IMG/VR virus record: IMGVR_UViG_3300045599_000046
Span: 1-32,881 of that record
Length of the DNA: 32,881 nt
Source: a virus
Taxonomy: Duplodnaviria; Caudoviricetes
Direction: 5' to 3' (one strand)
In this document: in pieces, positions 1 to 8,897 of the stretch
How positions within the stretch are numbered: position 1 is the first letter of the stretch
Layout: each line of letters starts with the position of its first letter
Notes under the pieces: model-generated
Told to the model about the DNA's origin: nothing
The model's input: the letters and a program-made list of their open reading frames with translations, nothing else
Database searches by the model: none
Made by a program: the position numbers and the translations under genes

Positions 1-596
1 TCTTTTCTGAAGTCATTTAAATATGTTGCAAAATATACTTCCTTATAATTTTCTTTTCTAAAAATAAAATAGCATTCCTGTGAGCAAAAGATATGTTTTC
101 TATTTGCAATTTCCCATTCAATAGTTTTGACTTCATTGTTGCAATATGAACAAGGAACCATGATGTTTTGGTAATTATACAAATTCTCTCCTCTATATAT
201 TTCGCTTCTATGCTTTTTATAACAATCTCTTGAGCATAAAAAATACTTTTGTTTTTTAAATTTGGACTCATTAATTTCTATTTCTTTATTACAGATGTTG
301 CAACATACTTTTATTTTATCTTTGGTGGGGTTAGGATTGTTTAGAATTAAGAATTTATTTCTGCATATATTACTACATAATGTTGAAGTGCTTCTTATAT
401 TGCAAATAGGTCTTCTAAAGGGTTTTTGACAAATATCACAAATACACTCAACAACAACCCTAGATTTTTTATAAACGTCTTTTTGCATTATTGTTATTAT
501 TTGCTTATTCTTCAGTTCTTGCTTTAAAAGTTCTTCATAATATTTTATAGTTCTTGAATTAATAATAACTTCAATTAGTTTATCTTCGATAATCAC
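1..596 (-). CDS. Intron-encoded protein, partial; probable homing endonuclease with three CxxC...CSxxC zinc-finger repeats
   Basis: GTG at 596, open to the window edge (MIIEDKLIEV...CDIC..CSNIC..CNIC..CSRDC..CSYC..CSQEC); located downstream of Q inside the intron; missing from the ORF track; nuclease domain not visible. Confidence 0.8.
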   Translation of the reverse strand, partial: MIIEDKLIEVIINSRTIKYYEELLKQELKNKQIITIMQKDVYKKSRVVVECICDICQKPFRRPICNIRSTSTLCSNICRNKFLILNNPNPTKDKIKVCCNICNKEIEINESKFKKQKYFLCSRDCYKKHRSEIYRGENLYNYQNIMVPCSYCNNEVKTIEWEIANRKHIFCSQECYFIFRKENYKEVYFATYLNDFRK

Positions 597-738
597 ATTA
601 CCACAACCTAATATATTTTTTGGGGAGTTGTGATAATTAATAAACAAGTCTTTCCTCAGGATTACCTACCTCTAGGCTTCCCCTGATATGGCCAAGTTTT
701 ACGCCACACATTGCTGTGTAGGGAGGCTGATATCGTCT
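1..738 (-). ncRNA. Group I intron (5' part) interrupting the tape-measure gene
   Basis: Exon GAGGU (743-739) pairs with IGS GCCUC (727-723) with a U-G at the splice site; P2 CUACACA-GCAA-UGUGUGG; P element AUAUCAGGGGAA; P5 GCCUA-GAGG-UAGGU; Q element AAUCCUGAGGAAAG; TMP reading frame hits a stop just inside. Confidence 0.9.
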
Positions 739-2318
739 ACCTCATTTAAAGCATCAATTATCCTGATACTTTCACTAGCTTCAATATTAAAAATAGTCAT
801 CGCTGCTGTTAACGATGACATTGCTTCTTCACCTGACAGCTCTGAGATATTAGTCATCAAAGTTGCTACTTTAGTCAATGATAAAACTTGATCTTCACTG
901 TAACCTTGTCGTGCAAATCCAGTCATAGCTTCATTAACTTGTGTGATACTTCGACCTAGCTCATTAGCAATTTCTATAGAACCTTTAAGCATTTTGTCAA
1001 AGTTAGTTTCTTTATCCATGACACGTTTCAGAACTGTCATTTGCGTATCGACTTCAACAATTGTATCTATAGCGGAGCGTAATCCTCTAATCGATCCGAA
1101 GAACGCAGTGGATGCTGCCATCCAAATGGGAAATTTTACCATAGCTGTTTTAAAAGATTCAGCAAATGAGAGATTATTGCTTCTAGCTGTATTAGCGGAG
1201 GCAGCAACCTTTTTTAGTTCCAAATCAACATTCTTTAGTGCCTTTGAATAATTACCAACGCTAGTGACATCACCAAGTTGTTTATTTAGTCCATCCAATG
1301 CTAGACTAACATTCTTATCACTACCAAATCTTCTTCTGATATCAGCTATTTTAGTTTCTAAAGCTATTTTTTTATGTAAAAAATCTTCTTCACGCTTTTG
1401 ATTTTGTTGTAGAGCTAGGTAGTGCAACTTCTCTTGTGCTATTTTCCTGTCTTGCTCAGTTTTCAATGCTTGGAAATGAGCACGATCCAAAGCTTCAGCT
1501 TCTCTGGCTAACTTTGCATTAATCGCTCTATTTTCTCTTTCTGCTAAGTATTGAGCAACAACTTTATCCTGAATTCGTTTAGATACTTCTCCAAGATGCT
1601 CTTCACGACTCATTTTTTCTTTAAAAGCTAAAGCATGAGCACGATCAACATCTTGAATATAGCCTTTTTGTATATTTGCTTGTGTTTCTAATGATTTAAG
1701 TTGATTATTAATTTGAGAAAAATCATTTTTTGAAGATTGAACGCTTAATTTATCTAAATCATTAATAACTTTCTGGATTTCTTTACTACTTCCACCAAAT
1801 GCGTCTGCTACTTTTGTAATTCTAGAAACTGCATTGTTGACAAACTGCTCAAGGTTTTTATTGGCTTCATCTAGTTTTTGTTTATTGAAAACTTGTTCAA
1901 TTTTATCAACTTGAACTGAGCCATCTTTTAAAAAGTTTCTATATTCAGTATTCTGACTAAACTTATCTCCAGTGGTGACAATTTCTTGCTTAATATCACC
2001 GCTACCAGTCTTTACAAGTTTTTGTTTAAGCAAATTCAACTTTTCTGCTGCACTTATTTGCTTATTAATTGACTCTGTTTCTTTATTTGTTTCCTTCGTA
2101 ACATTTTGTATTGCAGTCTTTTGGTTAGTTAAGGACTGTGTTATTTTCTCAACGTTATTGCTTATTTTATTAAAAATGGAAAGGGTTTTTTCATCAAATT
2201 CAATATTTAACTTTAAAGAATTGAGTTGATTAGACAATTTACTAAGTTGCTCGTTAATCGACTTTTCAGTTGTTGAGAAATTTAGCATTCCAGTTATAAG
2301 TATTTTAAAATCGTTCAA
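739..2318 (-). CDS. Phage tail tape measure protein, 5' exon
   Basis: Coiled-coil N-terminus followed by TP901-type TMP motifs (FARQGYS, LTAAMTIFNI, IIDALNEV); RBS AAAGGAG and TTG start. Confidence 0.9.
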
Positions 2319-2340
2319 AGCTCACACTCCTTTCCAGAAA

Positions 2341-2423
2341 AATAAAAAAAAGAAGTGGTCATTTAAACGACACACTTCTAAGTATATAGAAAAAACCACC
2401 CACATTAGAGTAGGGGTGGTTTA
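2341..2423 (-). terminator. Two tandem intrinsic terminators upstream of the tape-measure gene
   Basis: Minus-strand hairpins AAACCACCC...GGGTGGTTT+T run and AGAAGTG...CACTTCT+T run. Confidence 0.65.
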
Positions 2424-2465
2424 AAATAATATAAATATTTTCTCCTTGCATATATGTAGATACTT

Positions 2466-2615
2466 TTAAGCGTGTTTTAAAGAATCTCTTTTAGTAGCGA
2501 GGAGAGTATTGATTTCTTTGCGCTCTTCAATTTTTCGCATGTTTTCTTTTATAACAGCACTAATATATGAAGCTTTTTCCTCTTCAAACTTCTTCGCAAT
2601 TTTCATAAACGTCAT
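2466..2615 (-). CDS. 49-aa charged peptide (paralog B) MTFMKIAKKFEEEKASYISAVIKENMRKIEERK...
   Basis: RBS AGGAGGAG, ATG at 2615; extended -10 TGTTATAAT just upstream; paralogous to the adjacent peptide. Confidence 0.75.
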   Translation of the reverse strand: MTFMKIAKKFEEEKASYISAVIKENMRKIEERKEINTLLATKRDSLKHA

Positions 2616-2665
2616 ATCGCATCTCCTCCTATTTCCATTATAACAGAAAGGCTTGCAATTAGTTA

Positions 2666-2797
2666 TTACTTTTTTCGCTCCTGTATTTTTCGCTGATTTT
2701 CTTCAATAATCTTTTTAACGAATTCGCTTTTGTCTAGCTCAAACTTTTTAGCAATTTTTGAGAAAGAACTTTCTTTCTTATTCGGTTTTAATTCCAC
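2666..2797 (-). CDS. 43-aa charged peptide (paralog A) MELKPNKKESSFSKIAKKFELDKSEFVKKIIEENQRKIQERKK
   Basis: RBS AAGGAGG, GTG at 2797; shares FxKIAKKFE..K......I.EN.RKI.ERK with paralog B. Confidence 0.75.
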   Translation of the reverse strand: MELKPNKKESSFSKIAKKFELDKSEFVKKIIEENQRKIQERKK

Positions 2798-2854
2798 TGA
2801 AACAACCTCCTTCAAAAAGCAGGATCTCATTCATACTTTAAAATATGGAGTATT

Positions 2855-3586
2855 TTAAATCTCTATCCCTGCTTTTTGAAAAAAACGTCTCAACTTTTCA
2901 GTATTGGCAATTGTTTCACCAATATTCATATCTTTACTTGCTATTAATTCGAATGGTTGTATGGAATTGTCATATACCATATATTCATCTAGCAAGTCCT
3001 TAATTTCACGAAAAGTTGAAGCAACTTTGGAGTGGCTTTCGACAATTACACTTTCTGGGACGAATCGTCCATCAGCTTCTAGTCGGATTTTGGCTCTTTC
3101 TTTAGCAACATCTAAGGGAACATCAACAACGATAGCACTTACTTTATAGCCTCTCTGTTTTAATGCCTCAATAATTTCCTTATATTTGTCAAGGTTTTTC
3201 ATTGTACCATCATACATGAAACTTCTTTTCTCAGCTATGCAACGCATTAGTAATTTACTAGCGATATCAGAACTCTCTTCATGAACATAATCAGCAGCCT
3301 CAAGCGGATTTTCATTTGCCATCTGCCTAAATTCTGGCAAGTGTTCCTTGATAACATCAGCATCAATTAAAGTCATATGTCCTGTTTCTTCTCTGTACTG
3401 GGCTAAAAAATAACTTCCAATGGTACTTTTTCCAGCGGCTGAGCCACCACCCAATAAAAATGAGTCTGGGCTTTCTATATCAATTTGATCTCCATGAAGA
3501 AATTCATTAATGATATCCTCATGAAGAAGTTGTCTCTCAGCGTAATATTCTCCGTCACTTTGGTAAATTGATTTGGTTGTTTCCAT
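2855..3586 (-). CDS. Zeta toxin family P-loop kinase
   Basis: Walker A GGGSAAGKS, IDAD, YDGT and R..ADGRFVP motifs typical of the zeta/PezT-like family. Confidence 0.85.
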   Translation of the reverse strand: METTKSIYQSDGEYYAERQLLHEDIINEFLHGDQIDIESPDSFLLGGGSAAGKSTIGSYFLAQYREETGHMTLIDADVIKEHLPEFRQMANENPLEAADYVHEESSDIASKLLMRCIAEKRSFMYDGTMKNLDKYKEIIEALKQRGYKVSAIVVDVPLDVAKERAKIRLEADGRFVPESVIVESHSKVASTFREIKDLLDEYMVYDNSIQPFELIASKDMNIGETIANTEKLRRFFQKAGIEI

Positions 3587-3660
3587 ATCAATAACTCCTT
3601 TGTCCCATTGTTACATATACATGAAATTTTTGGCATATTAGAAATGCATATACTTCTGTT

Positions 3661-3689
3661 ATTCTACAACTTATGTATAAATCTTACAA
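3661..3689 (-). promoter_or_regulatory. Putative sigA promoter of the zeta-like gene
   Basis: TTGTAA-17 nt-TAGAAT on the minus strand. Confidence 0.45.
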
Positions 3690-3841
3690 TAAGTAGGACT
3701 TGAGTAATAGACGAAATTACGCCAAAAAAACATATCATTTATTTAATAGGAACGTATTGCCATTCGTCCATACAATTTTCTAGGAAAATCTACTAAAATA
3801 TTAAAAATTGTTGATAGAATAGGGGAGGGGAGAACATAAAC

Positions 3842-3863
3842 AAAAGCCACCATCCCGGTGGCT
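3842..3863 (-). terminator. Intrinsic terminator after the antirepressor/RsfA-like gene
   Basis: AGCCACC...GGTGGCT followed by TTT on the minus strand. Confidence 0.6.
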
Positions 3864-3876
3864 CAATGTATAAAAC

Positions 3877-4890
3877 TCACACTCTTTCTAAATTACCATT
3901 TCGATCCATCCTAAAAGTCTTCCCAAGTTCTTCGTTTACCTTAATTTTTATTGCTGCACTAATCGTTGCTTGTGTAGACTTTAGCTCATCAAGGAGAACT
4001 TTCTTCTCGTTACTAAGGCGCTTGACTTGTTTTCTTAGCCTTTCATTCTCCGTTTGTAAAGAGGTGGCTTTCTCTCGTAAGAGTGTAAATATTTCTGAGT
4101 TAGAATTGTCTACACGTTCCTGGATGTTAATTATTTTTTGAATTACTTCATTTAACACTAGCTCTTGCCAAGTAGGTATTGTGATATCATCTGTTTCGGG
4201 TAGCGCTTCATTATTTACGACAAGCTTTAAATGTCCATTTTTCCTGTTCTTCTTACTTCTGTTCTGCAAGTCATGTGTGTTCACTTGTTTCTTTATATAA
4301 TTATGAAATCTACTTTGACACGCTGCTACTGATTTGTTTAGTTTTTTTGCCGCTATTTTACAACCATCAGTTATTGTTCCACCATCATTAATTGTCGAGA
4401 TAATAATGTCATATAATTTTAAATCTATCCCATCCCAACTGCTTCCTCTTGTTGCTTGTGACCGCTGTTGTTGTGTTGCAGATTCTTCAATATTAAGAAG
4501 ATAGGTTCTGACCTGTTTAGCAACTGGACTGTCACGGAGGAGCATACCGATGCGCAAGCAACAACGGCGATTTATAATAGTTAAATTTGACTTAGCAGAT
4601 AGATGGACATTGTGTCCAGCTATTCTTTTCTTGTACTCTTTAAGCTTTTCACCTCTTAAAATATTTAAGCCATCCGAATCTAGTTCATCTCTATGTCTTT
4701 GAATTATCTTTCGTATTACCTCAATATCAACTTGATAATACTCAGCGACCATATCAGTTGTCATATGCTTATCATCTGGAAGTATAGACAGCACTTTGAC
4801 TTTGTTTAATACATCAGTTCGTTCAATATGTTTTTCTCTGAGCGCCTTATCATCTACAAATGCTTCTTGGTTTAATACACTGGCTTCCAT
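3877..4890 (-). CDS. Phage antirepressor-type N-terminal domain fused to an RsfA-like regulator
   Basis: N-terminal MVAEYYQV...LRIGMLLRDSPVAKQVRTYLL; central W..D..L...I..GGT...LNKSVAAC..RFHN; C-terminal coiled coil and FRMDRNGNLERV. Confidence 0.65.
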   Translation of the reverse strand: MEASVLNQEAFVDDKALREKHIERTDVLNKVKVLSILPDDKHMTTDMVAEYYQVDIEVIRKIIQRHRDELDSDGLNILRGEKLKEYKKRIAGHNVHLSAKSNLTIINRRCCLRIGMLLRDSPVAKQVRTYLLNIEESATQQQRSQATRGSSWDGIDLKLYDIIISTINDGGTITDGCKIAAKKLNKSVAACQSRFHNYIKKQVNTHDLQNRSKKNRKNGHLKLVVNNEALPETDDITIPTWQELVLNEVIQKIINIQERVDNSNSEIFTLLREKATSLQTENERLRKQVKRLSNEKKVLLDELKSTQATISAAIKIKVNEELGKTFRMDRNGNLERV

Positions 4891-5210
4891 GCTAAAACCT
4901 CCCCATTTTCGATGATAGGTTCAACTTGCAAATACTCGAAATCAGACTCATCGCAATTTTCATACTCAAACCATTTTAGAAAACCGTCTTCAGTTTCCAC
5001 TATCATGTCTTCGAAAGGTAATCCACACTCACCATACTCAATCAATTCGTCTGCTGTACAAAGTCGAGAATATGTAGCTTCATTTTTGACCCAGTCCTCA
5101 TCATCGGTGATTACTTCTGTGAGAGAAGATGATCCTTGTCCATTCTTGGGGTCGGGGAAAAGACAAATGTAGACTTTGCGAACGGGCAAATCTTTAATCA
5201 ACAAAGGCAT
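4872..5210 (-). CDS. Acidic hypothetical protein
   Basis: RBS AGGAGG, 112 aa; overlaps the start of the next gene. Confidence 0.7.
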   Translation of the reverse strand: MPLLIKDLPVRKVYICLFPDPKNGQGSSSLTEVITDDEDWVKNEATYSRLCTADELIEYGECGLPFEDMIVETEDGFLKWFEYENCDESDFEYLQVEPIIENGEVLAWKPVY

Positions 5211-5375
5211 ACTTTTTAACCTCCTGTATTCGTGAATTTATATTACTTGATTCACATGATATATCAAAAAATGATAAATGTAAATAGAGAATCTAAATTA
5301 GTTTAACTAATAAAGAACCCCTTTAAACAACACACAATTTATGATATATTTTTGATTAAATGGAGGTGTAGTTCT

Positions 5376-5624
5376 TTGTCTAAAATAATTATTACTCTGG
5401 ACAAAATATTAGATGAACTTAATATAACTAAAAACAAATTAGCAGTTGAAGCTAAGTTACGACCAAATTTAATAACTGAATTAACTGAAGGAAAATCCAA
5501 AGCCATTAAGTTTGAAACACTTATTAAAATATTAGATACAATTAATTCTATCGCCATAATTAAAAACATAGGGAAAACCTATCGAGTTGAAGATTTAATC
5601 TATTATGAATTTGAAAATTTATAA
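5376..5624 (+). CDS. Cro/C1-type HTH regulator
   Basis: ITKNKLAVEAKLRPNLITEL...IKFETL; RBS GGAGGTG favours TTG at 5376 over 5352. Confidence 0.8.
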   Translation: MSKIIITLDKILDELNITKNKLAVEAKLRPNLITELTEGKSKAIKFETLIKILDTINSIAIIKNIGKTYRVEDLIYYEFENL

Positions 5625-5636
5625 GGAGGGCTTTAA

Positions 5637-5792
5637 TTGTCTAATGATAGAATTAGATTTTCTAGCACCATAAAAAAAGAACTATATGAAGCACTTCAAA
5701 AACACTCTGAAAAAACTGATGTTCCAATCACAAAATTACTTGATCGGGCTGTAGAACAATTTTTAAGCAAACAAGAAAAAATCTCTGAATGA
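5637..5792 (+). CDS. Ribbon-helix-helix protein, 51 aa
   Basis: RBS AAGGAGG, TTG start; MSNDRIRFSSTIKKELYEALQKHSEKTDVPITKLLDRAVEQFL fits the RHH pattern; missing from the ORF track. Confidence 0.8.
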   Translation: MSNDRIRFSSTIKKELYEALQKHSEKTDVPITKLLDRAVEQFLSKQEKISE

Positions 5793-5846
5793 TATCAGAG
5801 GTTTTACATAAGTGCTCATTTATGCAGCAGCACTTAGAAGGGACTA

Positions 5847-6065
5847 ATGGATATGATTAAATGCAATATAAGAAGACTGATGGCAGATCAAAGAATAGAT
5901 GACATTTCAGAGTTAATTAGAATGTCAGGTGTAAGTCGTAATTCAATAAATAAACTATACAGAGAACAAGACATTGAAACGATAAAACTTGAAACATTGA
6001 TGAAAATCTGTGATACCTTCAACGTGAGATTATCTGAGCTACTTGAATATATTCCCGACAATTAA
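5847..6065 (+). CDS. Cro/C1-type HTH regulator
   Basis: ISELIRMSGVSRNSINKLY...IKLETLMKICDTFNVRLSELLEY. Confidence 0.85.
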   Translation: MDMIKCNIRRLMADQRIDDISELIRMSGVSRNSINKLYREQDIETIKLETLMKICDTFNVRLSELLEYIPDN

Positions 6066-6091
6066 GATTTAAATTTATGGAGAATAACTAA

Positions 6092-6298
6092 ATGAAAATT
6101 AAAGTAACTCCAAAGTTAAGTAAATTACTTAAGGAAAGAAACATGAAACAAATAGAATTGTCTATTCTCACTGGACTTCCACAGGGAACAATTTCTCGAT
6201 TTGATAGGACAAATAGACATGATGATTTGAATCTTTTCATTATAGCAAGAGCACTAAATGTTAACATTGAAGACTTATTTGAAATAGAAGAGGAGTAG
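6092..6298 (+). CDS. XRE-family HTH regulator
   Basis: MKQIELSILTGLPQGTISRF...IARALNVNIEDLF. Confidence 0.85.
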   Translation: MKIKVTPKLSKLLKERNMKQIELSILTGLPQGTISRFDRTNRHDDLNLFIIARALNVNIEDLFEIEEE

Positions 6299-6350
6299 TG
6301 ATGAAAATTAAACTGATATTATTCTAACTACACAAAACTTATATACAAGT

Positions 6351-6381
6351 AAAAAATCCATCATTTAAAAATGATGGATTA
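6351..6381. terminator. Hairpin terminator between convergent genes
   Basis: AATCCATCATTT...AAATGATGGATT inverted repeat with an A run on the left side. Confidence 0.6.
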
Positions 6382-6404
6382 GAGAAGGGGAGAAGCGTAA
6401 GTTA

Positions 6405-7019
6405 TTAAAGTTTGTCTTTATGGGTGTTTTTACGTTTCTCATCATACTCCCCACTGTAATTTTTACTCTCATACATAATCGTATGAGTAATTTTATAATT
6501 TTCTCCAAATAATACCAAGTTTACAACGGTATCTTCAGTCTCCCATTGTGTTAAATAGTTTAAATGCCCTAATGAAACAGCAAGGCCATATTCTTCAGGA
6601 TCATTCTTATATAAACTTTTAGACCAGATTTCATTGTCTTCAAATGGCTCTCCATATTTTTCTGTTAATAATTTTTTTAAATCTTTATAATCTGATATAT
6701 AGTCATTTTTATTTGTATGAGTTTCTTTTATACTATACATTGCTTTTGCTAATTTATCATCTACAAAAGCATAAGATAATGTAGCATCTAATCCATTAAT
6801 CGAATCTTTATACGAAAGAAAAGAGTCCTTTTCAGATGGTACTAAACTCTCTGATTTCTTAACTTCTTCTTGTGACATTCCCCATGTTGTCTTTCTAAAC
6901 GTGAAGTTCTGATTTTCTTCAATAGGTTGAATGTTAGACGTGCTGGCATCAGAATTATCTGAGCATCCACTTAATATCATGAAAGAAGACACTACTAAAA
7001 GCATAGCCCATTTCCACAC
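6405..7019 (-). CDS. Lipoprotein of unknown function
   Basis: Signal peptide with lipobox LSGC; TTWGMSQEEVK motif. Confidence 0.8.
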   Translation of the reverse strand: MWKWAMLLVVSSFMILSGCSDNSDASTSNIQPIEENQNFTFRKTTWGMSQEEVKKSESLVPSEKDSFLSYKDSINGLDATLSYAFVDDKLAKAMYSIKETHTNKNDYISDYKDLKKLLTEKYGEPFEDNEIWSKSLYKNDPEEYGLAVSLGHLNYLTQWETEDTVVNLVLFGENYKITHTIMYESKNYSGEYDEKRKNTHKDKL

Positions 7020-7147
7020 TATAATCCCCCTCCTAGTTTGTTTTTACCATTATTATACACCAAAAAATAATAATTTTAATCATAATTTCCAAATTAATAG
7101 TAAAATTGTCCTTTTCTTTGAGGTGAGAGGAGGGGAGGGAAGAGTGA

Positions 7148-7333
7148 TTATTTAAAAATAAGAGTTTGTGTAGATGGTATGATTGTAGAGTAGTCACCAT
7201 CTCCAGGTTGACGTTCTCCTGGTTCTAAGCGAATCCCCATTTCTTTTAGACATTTAATAACATAATTTTGTCGTTCTTCAAAAGTCATTTTACGGGTATC
7301 GATATAGGATAATTTACCGTTCATTTTAATCAC
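7148..7333 (-). CDS. Hypothetical protein
   Basis: Short ORF co-oriented with the late genes; AGGTG RBS suggests ATG at 7325. Confidence 0.55.
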   Translation of the reverse strand: MIKMNGKLSYIDTRKMTFEERQNYVIKCLKEMGIRLEPGERQPGDGDYSTIIPSTQTLIFK

Positions 7334-7403
7334 CTATAATTTATTTGAAAGAGAGTGATAAAAATTCCAAATAAAATAATGGTTTTAACTGAATATTTTG
7401 CTT

Positions 7404-8387
7404 TTAAAACAAGTCTGTAACATCATCTTCATCTTCTCGAACAACATATATCTTAGTTGTTTCACTAGACTCGTGCCCTAATAATGATTTTACTTTCTCA
7501 ATATTTTTGCCTTCTACTGCAACCAGATTAGTAGCTCTTGAGGCTCTAAGTTGGTGTGGATGAACACGCCTCCCAACAATTTCGCTAAATACATTTGTGC
7601 ACCAATCATTGAATGTTGAAGCTGATAATTGTCTCACTTTACCTTCTTTTGTTTTTTTCACAAATACATATGGACAATCATCCTCACCACGGACTTCAAG
7701 CCATTTATTGATAGCGCCTTTAGAAACGTCACTGTAAATTAATTTTCTGATTTTACCAACCGACCCTTTCCCCTTAGTTCTAATATCATGTGTTCTATAG
7801 TATGGTAAATTCTCTCCTGTGCGTGGATCTTTGACATAATCATAATTAACAACTTCTTTTAAAAGTTGTACTGTTTCAGAGCGCCGACAGCCAGAATCAT
7901 ATGAAAACTGTATATATGCAACCATTTGCCATTCTTGACGTTTCTCTAACTCAGAAATTAAATTTTCAAGTTCTTCCACAGTAAGTGGCTTTTTTTCATG
8001 TTTAAAAGATTTTGGGGGATTGGGTATTTGCTTACTATAAATATTTCTAAACAATGGATACTCGTCCGAGTAGTACAATTCCAAATACCCACATAAAGAT
8101 GACACTGCCGATCTTTTGAATTTTACTGCACTTGAAGATAATTCTCTACTCATAAGAAAATTCTGATACTGTAGAGCATGTCTTGGCTTTAATTCATATA
8201 AAGGCAAGTTATTAAATTTATCATGAATGAAACGAAAAAAGATTCTTAATGCTGATTCATATTGAATTCTTGTATGTGGACTTAAATGCTGTTGCTGTAA
8301 GAATTCTTCTGTTTTTTCACGATTAAATTCATTAACTTTATTCCATTCTTCAATGGTCACTTCTGGTATTTTTTTAATCTTACTCAC
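7404..8387 (-). CDS. Tyrosine recombinase (SPbeta YomM-like position)
   Basis: SGCRRSE, KGKG, HPHQLRASRAT, LLGH, TTKIY catalytic motifs. Confidence 0.9.
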   Translation of the reverse strand: MSKIKKIPEVTIEEWNKVNEFNREKTEEFLQQQHLSPHTRIQYESALRIFFRFIHDKFNNLPLYELKPRHALQYQNFLMSRELSSSAVKFKRSAVSSLCGYLELYYSDEYPLFRNIYSKQIPNPPKSFKHEKKPLTVEELENLISELEKRQEWQMVAYIQFSYDSGCRRSETVQLLKEVVNYDYVKDPRTGENLPYYRTHDIRTKGKGSVGKIRKLIYSDVSKGAINKWLEVRGEDDCPYVFVKKTKEGKVRQLSASTFNDWCTNVFSEIVGRRVHPHQLRASRATNLVAVEGKNIEKVKSLLGHESSETTKIYVVREDEDDVTDLF

Positions 8388-8399
8388 TAAATCACCTAC

Positions 8400-8897
8400 T
8401 TAAATTTTCTTACCTTTGTAATGACCTTCCTTGGTAATTTTAAAACCCCACTTATTTTTTGCATTGAATTCATTTATTGCTTTCTCTACAAAGTGGAACC
8501 CTTCATAATAACTTAGATGATGAATGCCAATATTATTATTCCATTCCCATCCCTCATTAATTAGTATTGGTGTAAAACCTGCATCGCCTCCAAAAAGAGA
8601 GGGGTGCGTAGCAGAGTCTTGATCAAAATACACTGAAATAGATAATTCGTTGCCATTTTGAGTGATAGGAGAGATTCTTAATGAATTGAGGAGTCCAAAA
8701 GTTCTTGTATAACCACCTGGATCTACTGGAGTGTAAGAGTCATAATAAGCTTGTAGTTGTTTATGTAAAAGTTTATATAGTAAATCTGCCGCCTCTTTTA
8801 AGGCGATCATCATATTATTCGATCCAGTAATTGCTTGTGTGCCTTTTTGACTGGAAAGGTACTTAGCTAAATCATTTAGATTCTTGAATGTTGCCAT
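8400..8897 (-). CDS. Phage tail-region protein (tail completion-like)
   Basis: Position in the tail module; Y.RT..L..S motif. Confidence 0.55.
   Translation of the reverse strand: MATFKNLNDLAKYLSSQKGTQAITGSNNMMIALKEAADLLYKLLHKQLQAYYDSYTPVDPGGYTRTFGLLNSLRISPITQNGNELSISVYFDQDSATHPSLFGGDAGFTPILINEGWEWNNNIGIHHLSYYEGFHFVEKAINEFNAKNKWGFKITKEGHYKGKKI

Noticed and set aside
17-271. 84-aa ORF from the track
   Set aside because: Out-of-frame shadow of the longer Zn-finger ORF starting at 596
699-2318. Truncated tape-measure pseudogene
   Set aside because: The premature stop lies within recognisable group I intron structure
7404-8387. Prophage integrase marking a boundary
   Set aside because: Embedded in the tail operon with phage genes on both sides and no att-like junction seen
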